Numbered from the stretch's first letter, positions 10,956-23,145 are shown. The stretch is DNA of 64,000 bases from Syntrophales bacterium (GCA_963665615.2 CAXXQE010000006.1:310001-374000), one strand, 5' to 3'. A program made the numbers and translations. Notes: generated from the sequence alone by a model not told the origin.

Positions 10956-11340
10956 GTCTGTTCAACTCCACAAAACGCCGGATCAGATCCGCTTCAAGTT
11001 TGGCCGAAGCGGCGCGGGTCACACGTTCCCGCTCATCGTGTTGAAGAAAATTCTCTTCGACGACGTTTTTCAGTTGTCCGAGTTCCCCCCCGCGAACGGC
11101 ATTCCGAACCGAAACGAGAACCTCTTCCCCCTTTTTAACGAGCGTCCCTTCGTGAATCGCAACCAGCTGCCTTCCGCCCTCAACCGCTTCATACTGGAGG
11201 ATGCCGGGAACGAGACAGGCGACAAAATCGATATGATGCTCCAGCAGGCAAAACGATCCATTTTGCGCCTCCGCCGTCACCTTGGTGACGGCTTCTTCCA
11301 GCAGCAACACCTCCGAAGGCAAAAGAATTTTCAGTTTCAT
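10948..11340 (-). CDS. atpC: N-type ATPase epsilon subunit
   Basis: LKILLPSE, AEAQNGSFCLLEHHIDFV and LVPGIL motifs, plus operon position. Confidence 0.93.
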   Translation of the reverse strand: MKLKILLPSEVLLLEEAVTKVTAEAQNGSFCLLEHHIDFVACLVPGILQYEAVEGGRQLVAIHEGTLVKKGEEVLVSVRNAVRGGELGQLKNVVEENFLQHDERERVTRAASAKLEADLIRRFVELNRHV

Positions 11341-11385
11341 GACATTCAGCTCCCGTCCGTCCGGTCAAGCCTCGCCCGCAACCTG

Positions 11386-12783
<1,398 letters not shown>

Positions 12784-13581
12784 TTACCCCCATTTCAACT
12801 GAGTTCACGCGCCTGGCATTTCATATCTGCATCCGTAAATCTATAACCATCGAGACGCCATCGGAACGATCTCCCTGGTCCATCCCCGAAACCAGGGGCG
12901 CAAATCGGTAATCCATAAGCAGATAATGCAACGGGGTGATAAAAGACACAATCAGGCGCCGTATCACTTGCGGAATAAGCCGGAACAGGAAATTAAATAT
13001 GATGCTTGAAATCTTGAAGTGCTTGACGGGAAGCGAGATAAGGCAACACAATAGTATGGTTGAGAAGCGAAGGACCATGCACCTGCACATCTTGCCGCAA
13101 GGCCTTCGAACCCTTTTCGACACAGCATGGAACATAAGATAGCGTGATAGGGACTTCACTGAGCAAGCTCCCGCAGGATCTCATCCGGTCAGTGTATCCT
13201 GGAGGATATCACCATAAATCGGGACGTCGGATTCACCAGACGATTAATTGCGGAATCCTTTTTGTCGCCACCTTCGATCTGATGGCCGTGCGACCCGATA
13301 TACAGCACCCACAGACGTTGCCCTCTGCCTTTAGACACCCTTCTCATGGAACGCCTCCCGTGATCTGCTTTTGTCATTCAGTTCAACGAAACGCTCCTGC
13401 TAACGAGTGCACCATGACGATTTCACTATACACCCTTTGAGCGATGATGCCGATATTTTTTTTAGGGCCGCAAATAATGAACTTCATTTTGCGATGATGA
13501 CAACAAAAAAGAGCACCCGGCATGTTACGGCGTGCCATCGGTTCGGTCCTGAAAAAAGACTTGACGTCTTCGCAGGGATAG

Positions 13582-13609
13582 CATAATGAATGAACGTTCA
13601 TTCATTATG
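13582..13609. promoter_or_regulatory. Putative TetR operator overlapping a sigma70-like promoter
   Basis: Perfect 28-bp palindrome cataatgaatgaac|gttcattcattatg, 13 bp before the tetR ATG. TTGACG lies at 13561 and CATAAT at 13582, a short 15-bp spacer. Confidence 0.75.
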
Positions 13610-13622
13610 TAGGATCTGAATT

Positions 13623-14201
13623 ATGACACAGTCGGACAAACGCGACCGGATATTCAAGGCGGCCCTTGAACTTATTGCCGAGCATGGGTTTCACGGAACG
13701 CCCATGGCCATGATTGCTGAAAAGGCGGGGGTCGCTGCAGGAACTATCTACCGCTACTTCGAGAGCAAGGAACAACTGATCGTCGAACTCTTCTCCGAAT
13801 TACGGCAGCGGATTCACGTGACGCTTACGGAAAGCTATATCAAGGACACGCCGCTCGGAGAGCGCTACTGCTCTCTTTGTACGAGTCTCCTGGAGTACTT
13901 GATAGTCTATCCCCTGCACTTCCGCTTCATGGAACAGTACCTGAACTCCCCCTTCGGCGTTTCGTGGCGCAGGGACAAGATCCTCGGAAAGACCCGCGAG
14001 CAGGATGTCTTCATGGACCTTTTCATGGAAGGGATCGAGCGGCGGGTCCTTAAGAGTCTGCCGCTTTATGTTCTGGCGGTACTCACGTTCAGCCCGCTCG
14101 TGTCGCTGGCGCGGGATCACAACCTCGGGCTCGTGACATTGGACAAAGCCATCATCAAACAAAGTATTGATGCCTGCTGGGACGGCATCAAGATCGCATA
14201 A
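13623..14201 (+). CDS. TetR/AcrR family transcriptional regulator
   Basis: N-terminal HTH: IFKAALELIAEHGFHGT...IAEKAGVAAGTIYRYFESKEQL. Confidence 0.95.
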   Translation: MTQSDKRDRIFKAALELIAEHGFHGTPMAMIAEKAGVAAGTIYRYFESKEQLIVELFSELRQRIHVTLTESYIKDTPLGERYCSLCTSLLEYLIVYPLHFRFMEQYLNSPFGVSWRRDKILGKTREQDVFMDLFMEGIERRVLKSLPLYVLAVLTFSPLVSLARDHNLGLVTLDKAIIKQSIDACWDGIKIA

Positions 14202-14234
14202 ACCTGTTTTACCAATAAATCGCAGAGGTGCTGC

Positions 14235-15440
14235 ATGCCTATCCCTTGCAAGAGCAAAGTCGTTACCCTTTTCTTCGTTATGCTGTGCGCGTTTTCCGGC
14301 CTGTCCGGCTGCGGACGGCAAAATCCTCAGGGCCAGATGCCGGGCGGCATGCCGGAGGTTGCCTATATTGCGGTTGCACCAACACGTGTCCTTCTGACAA
14401 CCGAACTGACCGGCCGAACGTCCGCCAGCGTCGCGGCAGATGTGCGCCCCCAGGTCAGCGGCATCATTCTGAAGCGCCTCTTCACGGAAGGCTCCAACGT
14501 CAAGGCCGGCCAGATTCTCTACCAGATCGATCCCGCCCCCTTCCAGGCGGCCCTTGACAACGCCGGCGCCTCTCTCAATCGTTCCCAGGCCAATCTGCCT
14601 GCCGTGAAGGCGAGAGCGGAGCGTATGCGGGATCTATTGCCCAGCAAGGCCGTCAGCCAGCAGGAAGTCGACGATACGCAATCCGCCTTGAAACAAGCGG
14701 AGGCCGATGTCGCCTACTGGCAGGCCGCAGTGCGGACGGCGCAGATCAACCTGGGCTATACCCGGATCACCGCCCCGATCTCAGGACACATCGGTAAATC
14801 AAACGTCACGGAAGGCGCCCTCGCGACGGCCCAGCAACCCGCCCCCCTCGCCAGCATTCAGCAGCTCGATCCCGTTTATGTGGACGTCTCGCAATCTACT
14901 GCCGATCTGCTCAAGATCCGTCAGCGGCTGGAGAAAGGACAGCTCAACCGCAACGGCAAGGACGAAAGCAAGGTCCGGCTCCTCCTGGAAAACGATGTTC
15001 CTTACAACCTGGAAGGAACGCTTCAGTTCCGCGACGTGACCGTCGATCCGACCACCGGATCGGTCATCCTGAGAATTATCTTCCCAAATCCCCAAGGGAT
15101 CCTGCTGCCGGGCATGTTCGTCAGAGCGGTGGTTCAGGAAGGGATCAACCCCAAAGCGATTCTGGTGCCTCAGCAGGCCGTTTCGCGCAATACAAAAGGC
15201 GATCCTCTCGCCTTGGTTGTCGATTCGCAAGGCATAGCTCAAATACGGATGCTGACGATTGACCGTGCCATCGGCAATTCCTGGCTGATCTCCGCTGGAC
15301 TGACGCCCGGCGACCGCCTCATTGTCGAAGGCCTTCAGAAAATCAAACCCGGCGTGCCGGTGAAGGCCGTTGCCTTTAGCGAAAATGCCGGCAACGCAAA
15401 ACCAGCCGATGCTCCCCGGCCGACACCCTCATCGAAGTAA
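14235..15440 (+). CDS. acrA: RND efflux periplasmic adaptor (AcrA/MexA family lipoprotein)
   Basis: Lipobox LSGC, VRPQVSGII, YTRITAPISG, VDPTTG and LLPGMFV motifs. Confidence 0.9.
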   Translation: MPIPCKSKVVTLFFVMLCAFSGLSGCGRQNPQGQMPGGMPEVAYIAVAPTRVLLTTELTGRTSASVAADVRPQVSGIILKRLFTEGSNVKAGQILYQIDPAPFQAALDNAGASLNRSQANLPAVKARAERMRDLLPSKAVSQQEVDDTQSALKQAEADVAYWQAAVRTAQINLGYTRITAPISGHIGKSNVTEGALATAQQPAPLASIQQLDPVYVDVSQSTADLLKIRQRLEKGQLNRNGKDESKVRLLLENDVPYNLEGTLQFRDVTVDPTTGSVILRIIFPNPQGILLPGMFVRAVVQEGINPKAILVPQQAVSRNTKGDPLALVVDSQGIAQIRMLTIDRAIGNSWLISAGLTPGDRLIVEGLQKIKPGVPVKAVAFSENAGNAKPADAPRPTPSSK

Positions 15441-15452
15441 CGGAGAACCGCC

Positions 15453-18400
15453 ATGCTTTCAAAATTCTTCCTGGATCGTCCGGTTTTCGCGTGGGTGATC
15501 GCCATCATCATGATGGCGGCCGGCGCACTGGCCATCTATCTACTGCCGATCTCACAGTATCCGCCGATCGCGCCGCCGTCTATTGCAATCACATGCACGT
15601 ACCCCGGCGCTTCGGCGGAAACGGTCGAAAACAGCGTGACCCAGATCATCGAACAGAAGATGACCGGTTTCGACAAGATGCTCTATCTGTCGGCCACAAG
15701 CGACTCTTCCGGCATGTCACGCATCGAGCTGACCTTTGTCGCAGGCACCGATCCGGACCTGGCCTGGGCGCAGGTTCAGAACAAGCTGCAACTCGCCATG
15801 GCCAACCTCCCTGCAGTGGTTCAAAACCAAGGGGTGCGGGTGAGCAAGAGCACGCGCAACTACTTGCTGATCGTGGGCCTGGTCTCAGAGGACGGGAGCA
15901 TGGACGGCAACGATCTGCGCGACTATGCCTTTTCCAATCTGGAAAAGGTTCTCTCGCGGGTGCCGGGCGTCGGCGAGGTGGAAATCTTCGGCGGCCAGCA
16001 TGCTATGCGGATCTGGCTCAATCCGGACAAGCTGAACAGCTACCAGCTGACAATCACCGACGTGATCGCTGCCCTGAGAGCCTACAATGTCGAGGTTTCA
16101 GCCGGTCAGTTCGGCGGTGCCCCGGCCGTCAATGGACAGCGCCTCAACGCCGCCATTGTCGTCCAGAGCCTGCTCAAAACACCTGAAGAGTTTGCCGCCA
16201 TCCCCATCCGCACCAACCCTGACGGCTCGATTGTGCGGGTCAGGGATGTGGGCCGAACGGAACTCGGCGCGGAAATATACGACATGCAGTCCAGCTACAA
16301 CGGCATGCCCAGCGGCGGCCTGGCCATCCGCCAGGCCGCAGGCGCCAACGCGCTTGAAACGGCGGACCGTGTCAAGACCAAACTCAAGGAGATGAGTCGC
16401 TTCTTTCCGCCCGGCCTTAAAATCATCTATCCTTACGACACGACACCGTTCATCAAGGTGGCGATCAAAGAGGTGGTCAAAACCCTCTTTGAGGCGATCT
16501 TTCTCGTCTTCCTGGTGATGTGGCTCTTCATGGGCAACATGCGCGCCACGCTGATTCCGACCATTGCCGTGCCGGTCGTTCTGCTGGGCACTTTCGCCAC
16601 GCTTGCCCTCTTCGGCTTTTCCATCAACATGCTGACGATGTTCGCCATGGTCCTGGCAATCGGTCTGCTCGTTGACGACGCCATCGTCGTGGTCGAAAAC
16701 GTCGAACGGATCATGAGCGAGGAGGGCCTCTCCCCCCGAGAGGCGACCCGAAAGTCGATGGAGCAGATTACGAGCGCCCTCATCGGCATCGGACTGGTAC
16801 TCTCGGCGGTCTTCGGCCCGATGGCCTTCTTTCCCGGCTCCACGGGCGTTATCTATCGCCAGTTCTCGATTACGATCATCGCCGCCATGCTCCTGTCGGT
16901 CCTGGTCGCCCTGATCCTGACACCGGTGCTCTGCGCATCGCTCCTCAAGCCGGTTCCTGCGGGACACGAGCCGGCGGAGAGCGCCGTATTTTTCCTGCGC
17001 CCCTTTTTCATGTGGTTCGACCGGACTTTCTTCCGCGTGCGGGATCGTTACCTGAAAGTTGTAAACCAGTCCTTATCAAAAAAAGGACGCTATCTGCTTG
17101 TCTTTGTTCTGATCGTAACCCTGACAGGATGGCTCTATCTGCGCATGCCGACCGCCTACCTGCCGGACGAGGATCAGGGCATCCTGATGATCCAGGCCCT
17201 CCTGCCCGCCAACGCGACCCTGGAGCAGACCGAAAAGGTTCTGACGCGTGTCCGAGACTATTTTCAGAATAACGAAAAAGACAATGTCGAATCAGTGATG
17301 ACCGTCTCAGGATACAGCTTCTCAGGTCGCGGACAGAACGCCGGTCTGGCCTTCGTCAAACTGAAGGACTGGGATCTTCGCAATCGTCCTGACCAGAAGG
17401 TCGTGCCGATCGCGGGGCGGGCAACGATGCGATTCTTACAGTATCGCGACGCAATGGTCTTTGCCTTTCCGCCACCGGCGGTGATCGAGCTCGGCATGGC
17501 CAAGGGCTTCGACTTCCAGCTGCTCGATCGCGGCGGCCTGGGACACGAAGCGCTGATTGCCGCACGCAACCAGCTGCTCGGCATGGCGGCGCAGGACCCG
17601 ACGCTGACCAAGGTCCGCCCCAACGGGCTGGAAGATGTGCCGGAGTATCGCATCGACGTGGACTGGGAAAAGGCAGGGGCTCTGGGCGTACCCATCAGCG
17701 CCATTCACGAGACCATATCGGCCTTATTCGGCAGCGCCTACGTCAACGACTTCATTCAGGGCGGCCGTGTCAAGCGTGTCTTCGCGCAGGCGGATCTCCC
17801 CTACCGCATGCTGCCGACCGATCTGGAAAGACTGCACGTGAGAAACAATACGGGCAACATGGTTCCCTTTTCGTCTTTTGCAGCGGGCCGCTGGACCAAA
17901 GGCTCTCCCAGGCTGGAGCGCTTCAACGGCTTCCCCTCCATCAACATCCAGGGCGAGGCAGCCTATGGTACGAGCACCGGCCAGGCGATGATCAAGATGG
18001 AAGATTTTGTCACCAAACTGCCGCAGGGAATCGGCTTCGACTGGACCGGTCTGTCGTACCAGGAGCGCATAGCGAGCTCCCAGGCGCCGCTGCTCTATGC
18101 GTTTTCCGTCTTCGTCATCTTCCTGTGCCTGGCGGCGCTCTATGAAAGCTGGCCGATTCCAATCTCCATCCTGATGGCCCTTCCGCTGGGCGCGCTGGGC
18201 GGCATTGTCGCCTCCTTTGCGCGGGGACTTCCCAACGGCGTTTACTTCCAGATCGGACTGCTGACGACCCTGGGATTGACGACGAAAAATGCCATCCTGA
18301 TCGTCCAGTTTGCCAAGGCGGGCGTGGAGCGCGGCATGGGTCTGGTCGAGGCGACTCTCGAAGGCGCCAAGCTGAGGTTCAGACCGATCATGATGACCTC

Positions 18401-18626
18401 GCTCGCCTTCGGCGTCGGCGTTCTGCCGCTGGCCCTGGCCACCGGTGCCGGTGCTGGCGCCCAGGTTGCCATCGGAACGGGCGTGTTGGGAGGAATGATT
18501 ACGGCGACGGCGCTCGTGATCGTCTTTGCCCCCCTGTTCTATGTTCTGATCATGACGCTCTCCGGCAAGCGCAAACGGAACAGCTCAAGCCATACCAATA
18601 TACCTACAACTTCTGAGGACCGATAA
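15453..18626 (+). CDS. acrB: RND efflux permease (AcrB/MexB, HAE1 family)
   Basis: 1057 aa. FFLDRPVFAWVIAI, GLLVDDAIVVVENVER, KNAILIV and RFRPIMMTS motifs. Confidence 0.93.
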   Translation: MLSKFFLDRPVFAWVIAIIMMAAGALAIYLLPISQYPPIAPPSIAITCTYPGASAETVENSVTQIIEQKMTGFDKMLYLSATSDSSGMSRIELTFVAGTDPDLAWAQVQNKLQLAMANLPAVVQNQGVRVSKSTRNYLLIVGLVSEDGSMDGNDLRDYAFSNLEKVLSRVPGVGEVEIFGGQHAMRIWLNPDKLNSYQLTITDVIAALRAYNVEVSAGQFGGAPAVNGQRLNAAIVVQSLLKTPEEFAAIPIRTNPDGSIVRVRDVGRTELGAEIYDMQSSYNGMPSGGLAIRQAAGANALETADRVKTKLKEMSRFFPPGLKIIYPYDTTPFIKVAIKEVVKTLFEAIFLVFLVMWLFMGNMRATLIPTIAVPVVLLGTFATLALFGFSINMLTMFAMVLAIGLLVDDAIVVVENVERIMSEEGLSPREATRKSMEQITSALIGIGLVLSAVFGPMAFFPGSTGVIYRQFSITIIAAMLLSVLVALILTPVLCASLLKPVPAGHEPAESAVFFLRPFFMWFDRTFFRVRDRYLKVVNQSLSKKGRYLLVFVLIVTLTGWLYLRMPTAYLPDEDQGILMIQALLPANATLEQTEKVLTRVRDYFQNNEKDNVESVMTVSGYSFSGRGQNAGLAFVKLKDWDLRNRPDQKVVPIAGRATMRFLQYRDAMVFAFPPPAVIELGMAKGFDFQLLDRGGLGHEALIAARNQLLGMAAQDPTLTKVRPNGLEDVPEYRIDVDWEKAGALGVPISAIHETISALFGSAYVNDFIQGGRVKRVFAQADLPYRMLPTDLERLHVRNNTGNMVPFSSFAAGRWTKGSPRLERFNGFPSINIQGEAAYGTSTGQAMIKMEDFVTKLPQGIGFDWTGLSYQERIASSQAPLLYAFSVFVIFLCLAALYESWPIPISILMALPLGALGGIVASFARGLPNGVYFQIGLLTTLGLTTKNAILIVQFAKAGVERGMGLVEATLEGAKLRFRPIMMTSLAFGVGVLPLALATGAGAGAQVAIGTGVLGGMITATALVIVFAPLFYVLIMTLSGKRKRNSSSHTNIPTTSEDR

Positions 18627-18627
18627 G

Positions 18628-20046
18628 ATGAAAAGATATTCCGCCCCCTTTATCGGTTGCCTGGTCTTACTTTCGCTTTTGAGCGGCTGTACCCTGGCGC
18701 CTAAATATACGCGACCGGCCGCACCGGTCCCATCGGCATGGCCCTCCGGGGAAGCTTACGACGCCACAGCCACAGCCGAAGCGCCGGAGGCCGCCACGCG
18801 ACAAACACCGTGGCGCGATTTCCTGACAGATGCCCGACTCCAAAAGACCATCGATCTGGCCTTGACCAACAACCGGGATCTGCGTCTTGCCATGCTGAAT
18901 GTCGAACGGGCGCGCGCCATGTATGGTATTCAGCGCGACCAGCTCTTCCCTGCCGTAACGGCCTCCGCTGGCGCTTATGTGGAACGGGTTCCGGCCGATC
19001 TGTCTCAGAGCGGCAGCACTATGACGACCGAAAAATACAGTGCCAATATCGGGGTTCTGGCCTGGGAGATGGATTTCTTCGGACGCATCCAGGCTTTGAA
19101 GGACAATGCCTGGGAGGAATACATCGCAACGGCAGAGGCACAGCGCAGCGCCCAGATTCTGCTTGTATCAACCGTCGCCAATGCCTATCTGACGTTTGCC
19201 GCGGACCGGGATGCGGTACAGCTGGCCGCCGATACTTTAGCCGCGCAGGAGGAAACCTACAAGCTCATCGCGAAGCGTTATGACATCGGCCTGGCTTCCG
19301 CATTGGATCTGCGCCGGGTCGAGAGTCAGGTCGAAGCGGCCAGAGGCGAGGCGGTACGCGCCACCCAACAGGCTGCTCAAGATGAAAACGCCCTGGTGCT
19401 CCTGCTTGGCGCCCCCATGCCGAAAGAACTCAGTCCCTCCGGCCTGGATGCTGTTAGCGCGCTTAAAGACGTCAAGGCAGGACTCCCCTCGGACGTGTTG
19501 CTGCTGCACCCGGACGTTCTGGCATCGGAGCATCATTTGCGAGCCGCCAATGCAAACATCGGCGCGGCACGCGCCGCGTTCTTTCCGAGGATTGCGTTGA
19601 CCTCGACATTCGGCACGGAAAGCGCCGATCTGTCCAACCTGTTCAAGTCGGGACAGGGCAACTGGACCTTTGTGCCGCAAATCACGATGCCGATCTTTGA
19701 CGCCCGTACCTGGTACGCCTACCGGGTAACAAAGGTGGACAAAGAGATTGCCATCACCCGGTACGAAAAGGCCATTCAGACGGCCTTCCGGGATATGGCC
19801 GATGCCCTGGCAGTCCGCGGTACCATTCAAAAGAGGCTTTCGGCTCAGCAATCGCTGGTTCAGGCCGTGGCCGAAACATATCGCCTGTCCAACATCAGGT
19901 ATTTCAAGGGGATCGACAGCTACTTGAACGTTCTCGACGCCCAACGCTCTCTGGATGCAGCCAGGCAGGGCCTCATCCAGCTGCGTCTGGCCGAGTTGAC
20001 CAGCCGGATTACGTTGTATAAGGTTCTAGGTGGAGGAGGCGCATAA
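18628..20046 (+). CDS. Outer-membrane efflux lipoprotein (OprM/NodT family)
   Basis: LSGCTLAPKY lipobox, WEMDFFGR, ANANIGAARAAFFPRI and C-terminal LYKVLGGG. Confidence 0.93.
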   Translation: MKRYSAPFIGCLVLLSLLSGCTLAPKYTRPAAPVPSAWPSGEAYDATATAEAPEAATRQTPWRDFLTDARLQKTIDLALTNNRDLRLAMLNVERARAMYGIQRDQLFPAVTASAGAYVERVPADLSQSGSTMTTEKYSANIGVLAWEMDFFGRIQALKDNAWEEYIATAEAQRSAQILLVSTVANAYLTFAADRDAVQLAADTLAAQEETYKLIAKRYDIGLASALDLRRVESQVEAARGEAVRATQQAAQDENALVLLLGAPMPKELSPSGLDAVSALKDVKAGLPSDVLLLHPDVLASEHHLRAANANIGAARAAFFPRIALTSTFGTESADLSNLFKSGQGNWTFVPQITMPIFDARTWYAYRVTKVDKEIAITRYEKAIQTAFRDMADALAVRGTIQKRLSAQQSLVQAVAETYRLSNIRYFKGIDSYLNVLDAQRSLDAARQGLIQLRLAELTSRITLYKVLGGGGA

Positions 20047-20113
20047 AGACAGACGTTAGATTTAAGACGCTGGACTTTGGGAATGAAGACAGCGGTCGGC
20101 TTCGGGTCATCAG

Positions 20114-20151
20114 CAAAAAAGGCTTCGGATTTTACCCCGAAGCCTTTTTTG
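20114..20151. terminator. Bidirectional intrinsic terminator
   Basis: caaaaaaggcttcgg-loop-ccgaagccttttttg between convergent operons. Confidence 0.8.
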
Positions 20152-20186
20152 TTTCGAACCTCTCATGTCGTGCGTCTAACTGCCTT

Positions 20187-20408
20187 TCATCCCCCCCGAA
20201 CAAAGGTGACCAATGACACCTCACAGGGCTCTGAAATGACGCTATCCAGTTCGGCCTCGGCACCATTGACGAAGGCGACCGGTTTAAAGACTGCCGGGAT
20301 AGCAAACCGTCCGATTAAATCCCGGCAGGTCGTACCTGGCTCAATATCGATCTGATCCACTTTAACATACTTCTTAAGGGGGCCAAGCCCCTTCACTTTT
20401 ATGTTCAT
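20187..20408 (-). CDS. moaD: MoaD/ThiS family sulfur carrier
   Basis: 73 aa, ubiquitin-like size, C-terminal GG, directly after aor. Confidence 0.82.
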   Translation of the reverse strand: MNIKVKGLGPLKKYVKVDQIDIEPGTTCRDLIGRFAIPAVFKPVAFVNGAEAELDSVISEPCEVSLVTFVRGG

Positions 20409-20429
20409 GGAAGCACGCCCTCTATCCCA

Positions 20430-22304
20430 TCAAACCGCAATGCCCAACTGACGCACTTCCTGTGTCAGATTATAATCCGCCACAATCTCTTCTTTCGGAA
20501 GGCCGCTCTGGTGGTCTATCCCCATGAGGTCGTAGAATTCAGACACCATCTGGGGCAAATCGAAGGCCGTTCCGGCAGGCGCGCCGTCACGAGCCGTTTC
20601 AAGCATACGCGCGGTCAGCGTGTCGTTAGCAGCCCGCATCCCGAACTTGTAATTGATCAGTCGCTTCAGATAATAGACCCGTCTTCCGGCGCGCATCATG
20701 TCATCGACCGTCCATCCGTAACCGGCCACGGTATTGAAGAGATTCGCATGATCCTGCAGGCTCAGGGACAGATCCGCAAAGTGGCACCAGCAGGAACTGT
20801 TCTTGATGGCGCCCAGTGTCTGCGCGACCACATCAAGATTGGCTTTGAATTTGCCGCTTCGCGCTTCCGTAGCGAGCGTTTCCAAGCCGTCGCCGGCGTA
20901 GCGCAACCCCATTTCATAAAAGAGCATCGAGGTCGCCACGTGACAGGCGCCCCGGGGACCGACCGCGTAGGTGAGCGCCAACCCATGTCCGCCGCCGCGC
21001 GGATCGTGCATCGGCGCATCCATCCCCTTGCCCACGGCCGAATAGTCGATAGAGCTCTGCCCGACTTTATAGGCGGCCTGCGCCGTCCCATCGGCAAGAA
21101 GATCTGCCAGCTTGCCCCGACGGTAGGCAATGTCGATCAAGACTGCTATGGCCTTCTCCATATCTCCCCACGGCAGATCGACGCCGTCCATATCTGCGGC
21201 CTTCAGGTGCCCCTTCTCAAAGGCCTCCATGGCCCAGCCCAGGGCCGCGCCGGCCGATATGGTATCCATGCCCAGATCATTGCAGAGCCGGCCAGCCTTA
21301 CATGCCGCGGCGAGGTCTCCCGAATCGAGCAGGGAGCCTAATGCAACGATGGTTTCATATTCCGGCCCGGGTCCCTCGGGAATGGCGAAAGGACCATCCT
21401 TGATTTCCACGACGCGCTTGCATGCAATAGAGCAAAACTGGCAGGCGCCTCGTTTTGTCAGATAGGTCGCCGTCAGGGTCGGCCCGTCCAGCGTTTTACC
21501 CATTTCCTCGTTGAAATTCGATGTCCAGTTTTTAACCGGCACATCCCCGATCTGCATGCCGCCCTGCAGGCCGCCCGCGGAGCCATGTTCATGGGTATGA
21601 TGGTTGATGGGGAATTCCCTGATGCCTTTTAGAAGTTCCTTCCTCACCGTCTCAAACTTCTCCGGGTCCGCCACATCCAGTGTCTTCTTGGTTCCCTTCA
21701 CGATAATCGCCTTGAGGTTTTTGGAGCCCATGACCGCGCCCATCCCTGCGCGTCCGAATACATGGTGCTCCTCATTGACGATCGCCGCATAGTGGACGAG
21801 ATTTTCACCCGCCGGTCCGATCAGAACGGTTCTGAAATCCTTGCCGTAGGCATCTTTGAGCGCATGATGCGTCTCGAAGACGGTCTTACCCCAATAGGCC
21901 GCTGCATCGATCAGTTTGATGGTATCGTCCTCGATGAACAGCAAGACAGGGCTCTTCGCTTTCCCGGTCAGAATAATGCCGTCATAGCCGGCAAACCGCA
22001 ACTCAGGGGCAAAGTAGCCTCCACAGGATGCATCAGCCCAGATCCCCGTCAGCGGCGATATGGCAGCCGCGGAATTGCGGCTGGCGCCGGGCAGTTTCAC
22101 ACCTGCCATCGGGCCGTTCATAAACATCAACAGGGCTTCCGGGGATAGAGGCGCCGCATCAAAATTGCCTCTGTCCAGGAAGAGTTTCGCCGCAAGCCCG
22201 CTGCCTCCGATAAAATTGACATAGTAACTATCCGGCAGCGTCTCAATCTGGATACTTCCTTCGGTCAAATCGATATTAATAATTTTCCCTGTATTGCCTT
22301 TCAT
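20430..22304 (-). CDS. aor: Aldehyde:ferredoxin oxidoreductase family (tungstopterin) enzyme
   Basis: SPLTG, IGPAGENLV, GRAGMGAVMGSKNLKA, CQFCSIAC, PEYET, GMDTIS and HDPR motifs. Confidence 0.92.
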   Translation of the reverse strand: MKGNTGKIINIDLTEGSIQIETLPDSYYVNFIGGSGLAAKLFLDRGNFDAAPLSPEALLMFMNGPMAGVKLPGASRNSAAAISPLTGIWADASCGGYFAPELRFAGYDGIILTGKAKSPVLLFIEDDTIKLIDAAAYWGKTVFETHHALKDAYGKDFRTVLIGPAGENLVHYAAIVNEEHHVFGRAGMGAVMGSKNLKAIIVKGTKKTLDVADPEKFETVRKELLKGIREFPINHHTHEHGSAGGLQGGMQIGDVPVKNWTSNFNEEMGKTLDGPTLTATYLTKRGACQFCSIACKRVVEIKDGPFAIPEGPGPEYETIVALGSLLDSGDLAAACKAGRLCNDLGMDTISAGAALGWAMEAFEKGHLKAADMDGVDLPWGDMEKAIAVLIDIAYRRGKLADLLADGTAQAAYKVGQSSIDYSAVGKGMDAPMHDPRGGGHGLALTYAVGPRGACHVATSMLFYEMGLRYAGDGLETLATEARSGKFKANLDVVAQTLGAIKNSSCWCHFADLSLSLQDHANLFNTVAGYGWTVDDMMRAGRRVYYLKRLINYKFGMRAANDTLTARMLETARDGAPAGTAFDLPQMVSEFYDLMGIDHQSGLPKEEIVADYNLTQEVRQLGIAV

Positions 22305-22362
22305 ATCCTATTCTCCTTCGATGTCTTGTATTCCATCAAATTATACACCTTCCTGCCCCGCG

Positions 22363-23145
22363 CTACTCAATCCAAGGCGCCTCCTGGTCGCCAAGATACA
22401 TGAAGCGCCTCCTGACACAGACCGGACAGTCTTCACGCCTTTTGACCAACAATTTCTCGAACTCGCCGTTCCAGACATCAACATAAAACAGGCGATGATA
22501 GAGTTCCTCCGGCTTACCCAGCAACAGCTTGAGCCCTTCGGAAGCCTCGATCGACGCGATCACATGCACCGCAGCAGCCCAAACGCCGATCGTATCCGTA
22601 CCGGGCGTGCTTCCGGCCAGCGGCATCGCCCCCATCAGGCACTGCAAACAAGGGGTCCGGGACGGAACAATCGCCTGAACCATGCCGAAGGTTGCCGCAA
22701 CCGATCCATAGACCCACGGGACGCCATGCTTCACACAGGCATCGTTGATCAGGTAACGGGCATCATAGTTGTCCGTACCGTCACAAACCAGATCGACATC
22801 CCGTATCAACGTCTCAATATTGTCCGCGCCGATGCTCAATACGCATGGATCAACTACAACCTGCGAATTGACCCGACGTAGCTTCTCCGCAGCCGCCTCC
22901 ACCTTGGGCCGTCCCCCGGCCACATCCGCTTCGTCATACAGATTCTGACGTTGAAGATTGCTGAGTTCGACGATATCCCGATCGACAATGCGGACAAACC
23001 CGACACCCGCGCGAACCAACAAATCCGATACGACCGTCCCAAGTCCGCCGCACCCCATGACGGCCACCCTGGCGTTCTTGAGCCGCGCCTGCCCCGAATC
23101 GCCGATTTCGGACAGCAGAACCTGTCTGGCGTATCTTTCAAGCAT
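22363..23145 (-). CDS. moeB: MoeB/ThiF/HesA family adenylyltransferase
   Basis: RYARQ, GCGGLG, DRDIVELSNLQRQ, DGTDN, PCLQC and CPVC motifs. Confidence 0.9.
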   Translation of the reverse strand: MLERYARQVLLSEIGDSGQARLKNARVAVMGCGGLGTVVSDLLVRAGVGFVRIVDRDIVELSNLQRQNLYDEADVAGGRPKVEAAAEKLRRVNSQVVVDPCVLSIGADNIETLIRDVDLVCDGTDNYDARYLINDACVKHGVPWVYGSVAATFGMVQAIVPSRTPCLQCLMGAMPLAGSTPGTDTIGVWAAAVHVIASIEASEGLKLLLGKPEELYHRLFYVDVWNGEFEKLLVKRREDCPVCVRRRFMYLGDQEAPWIE

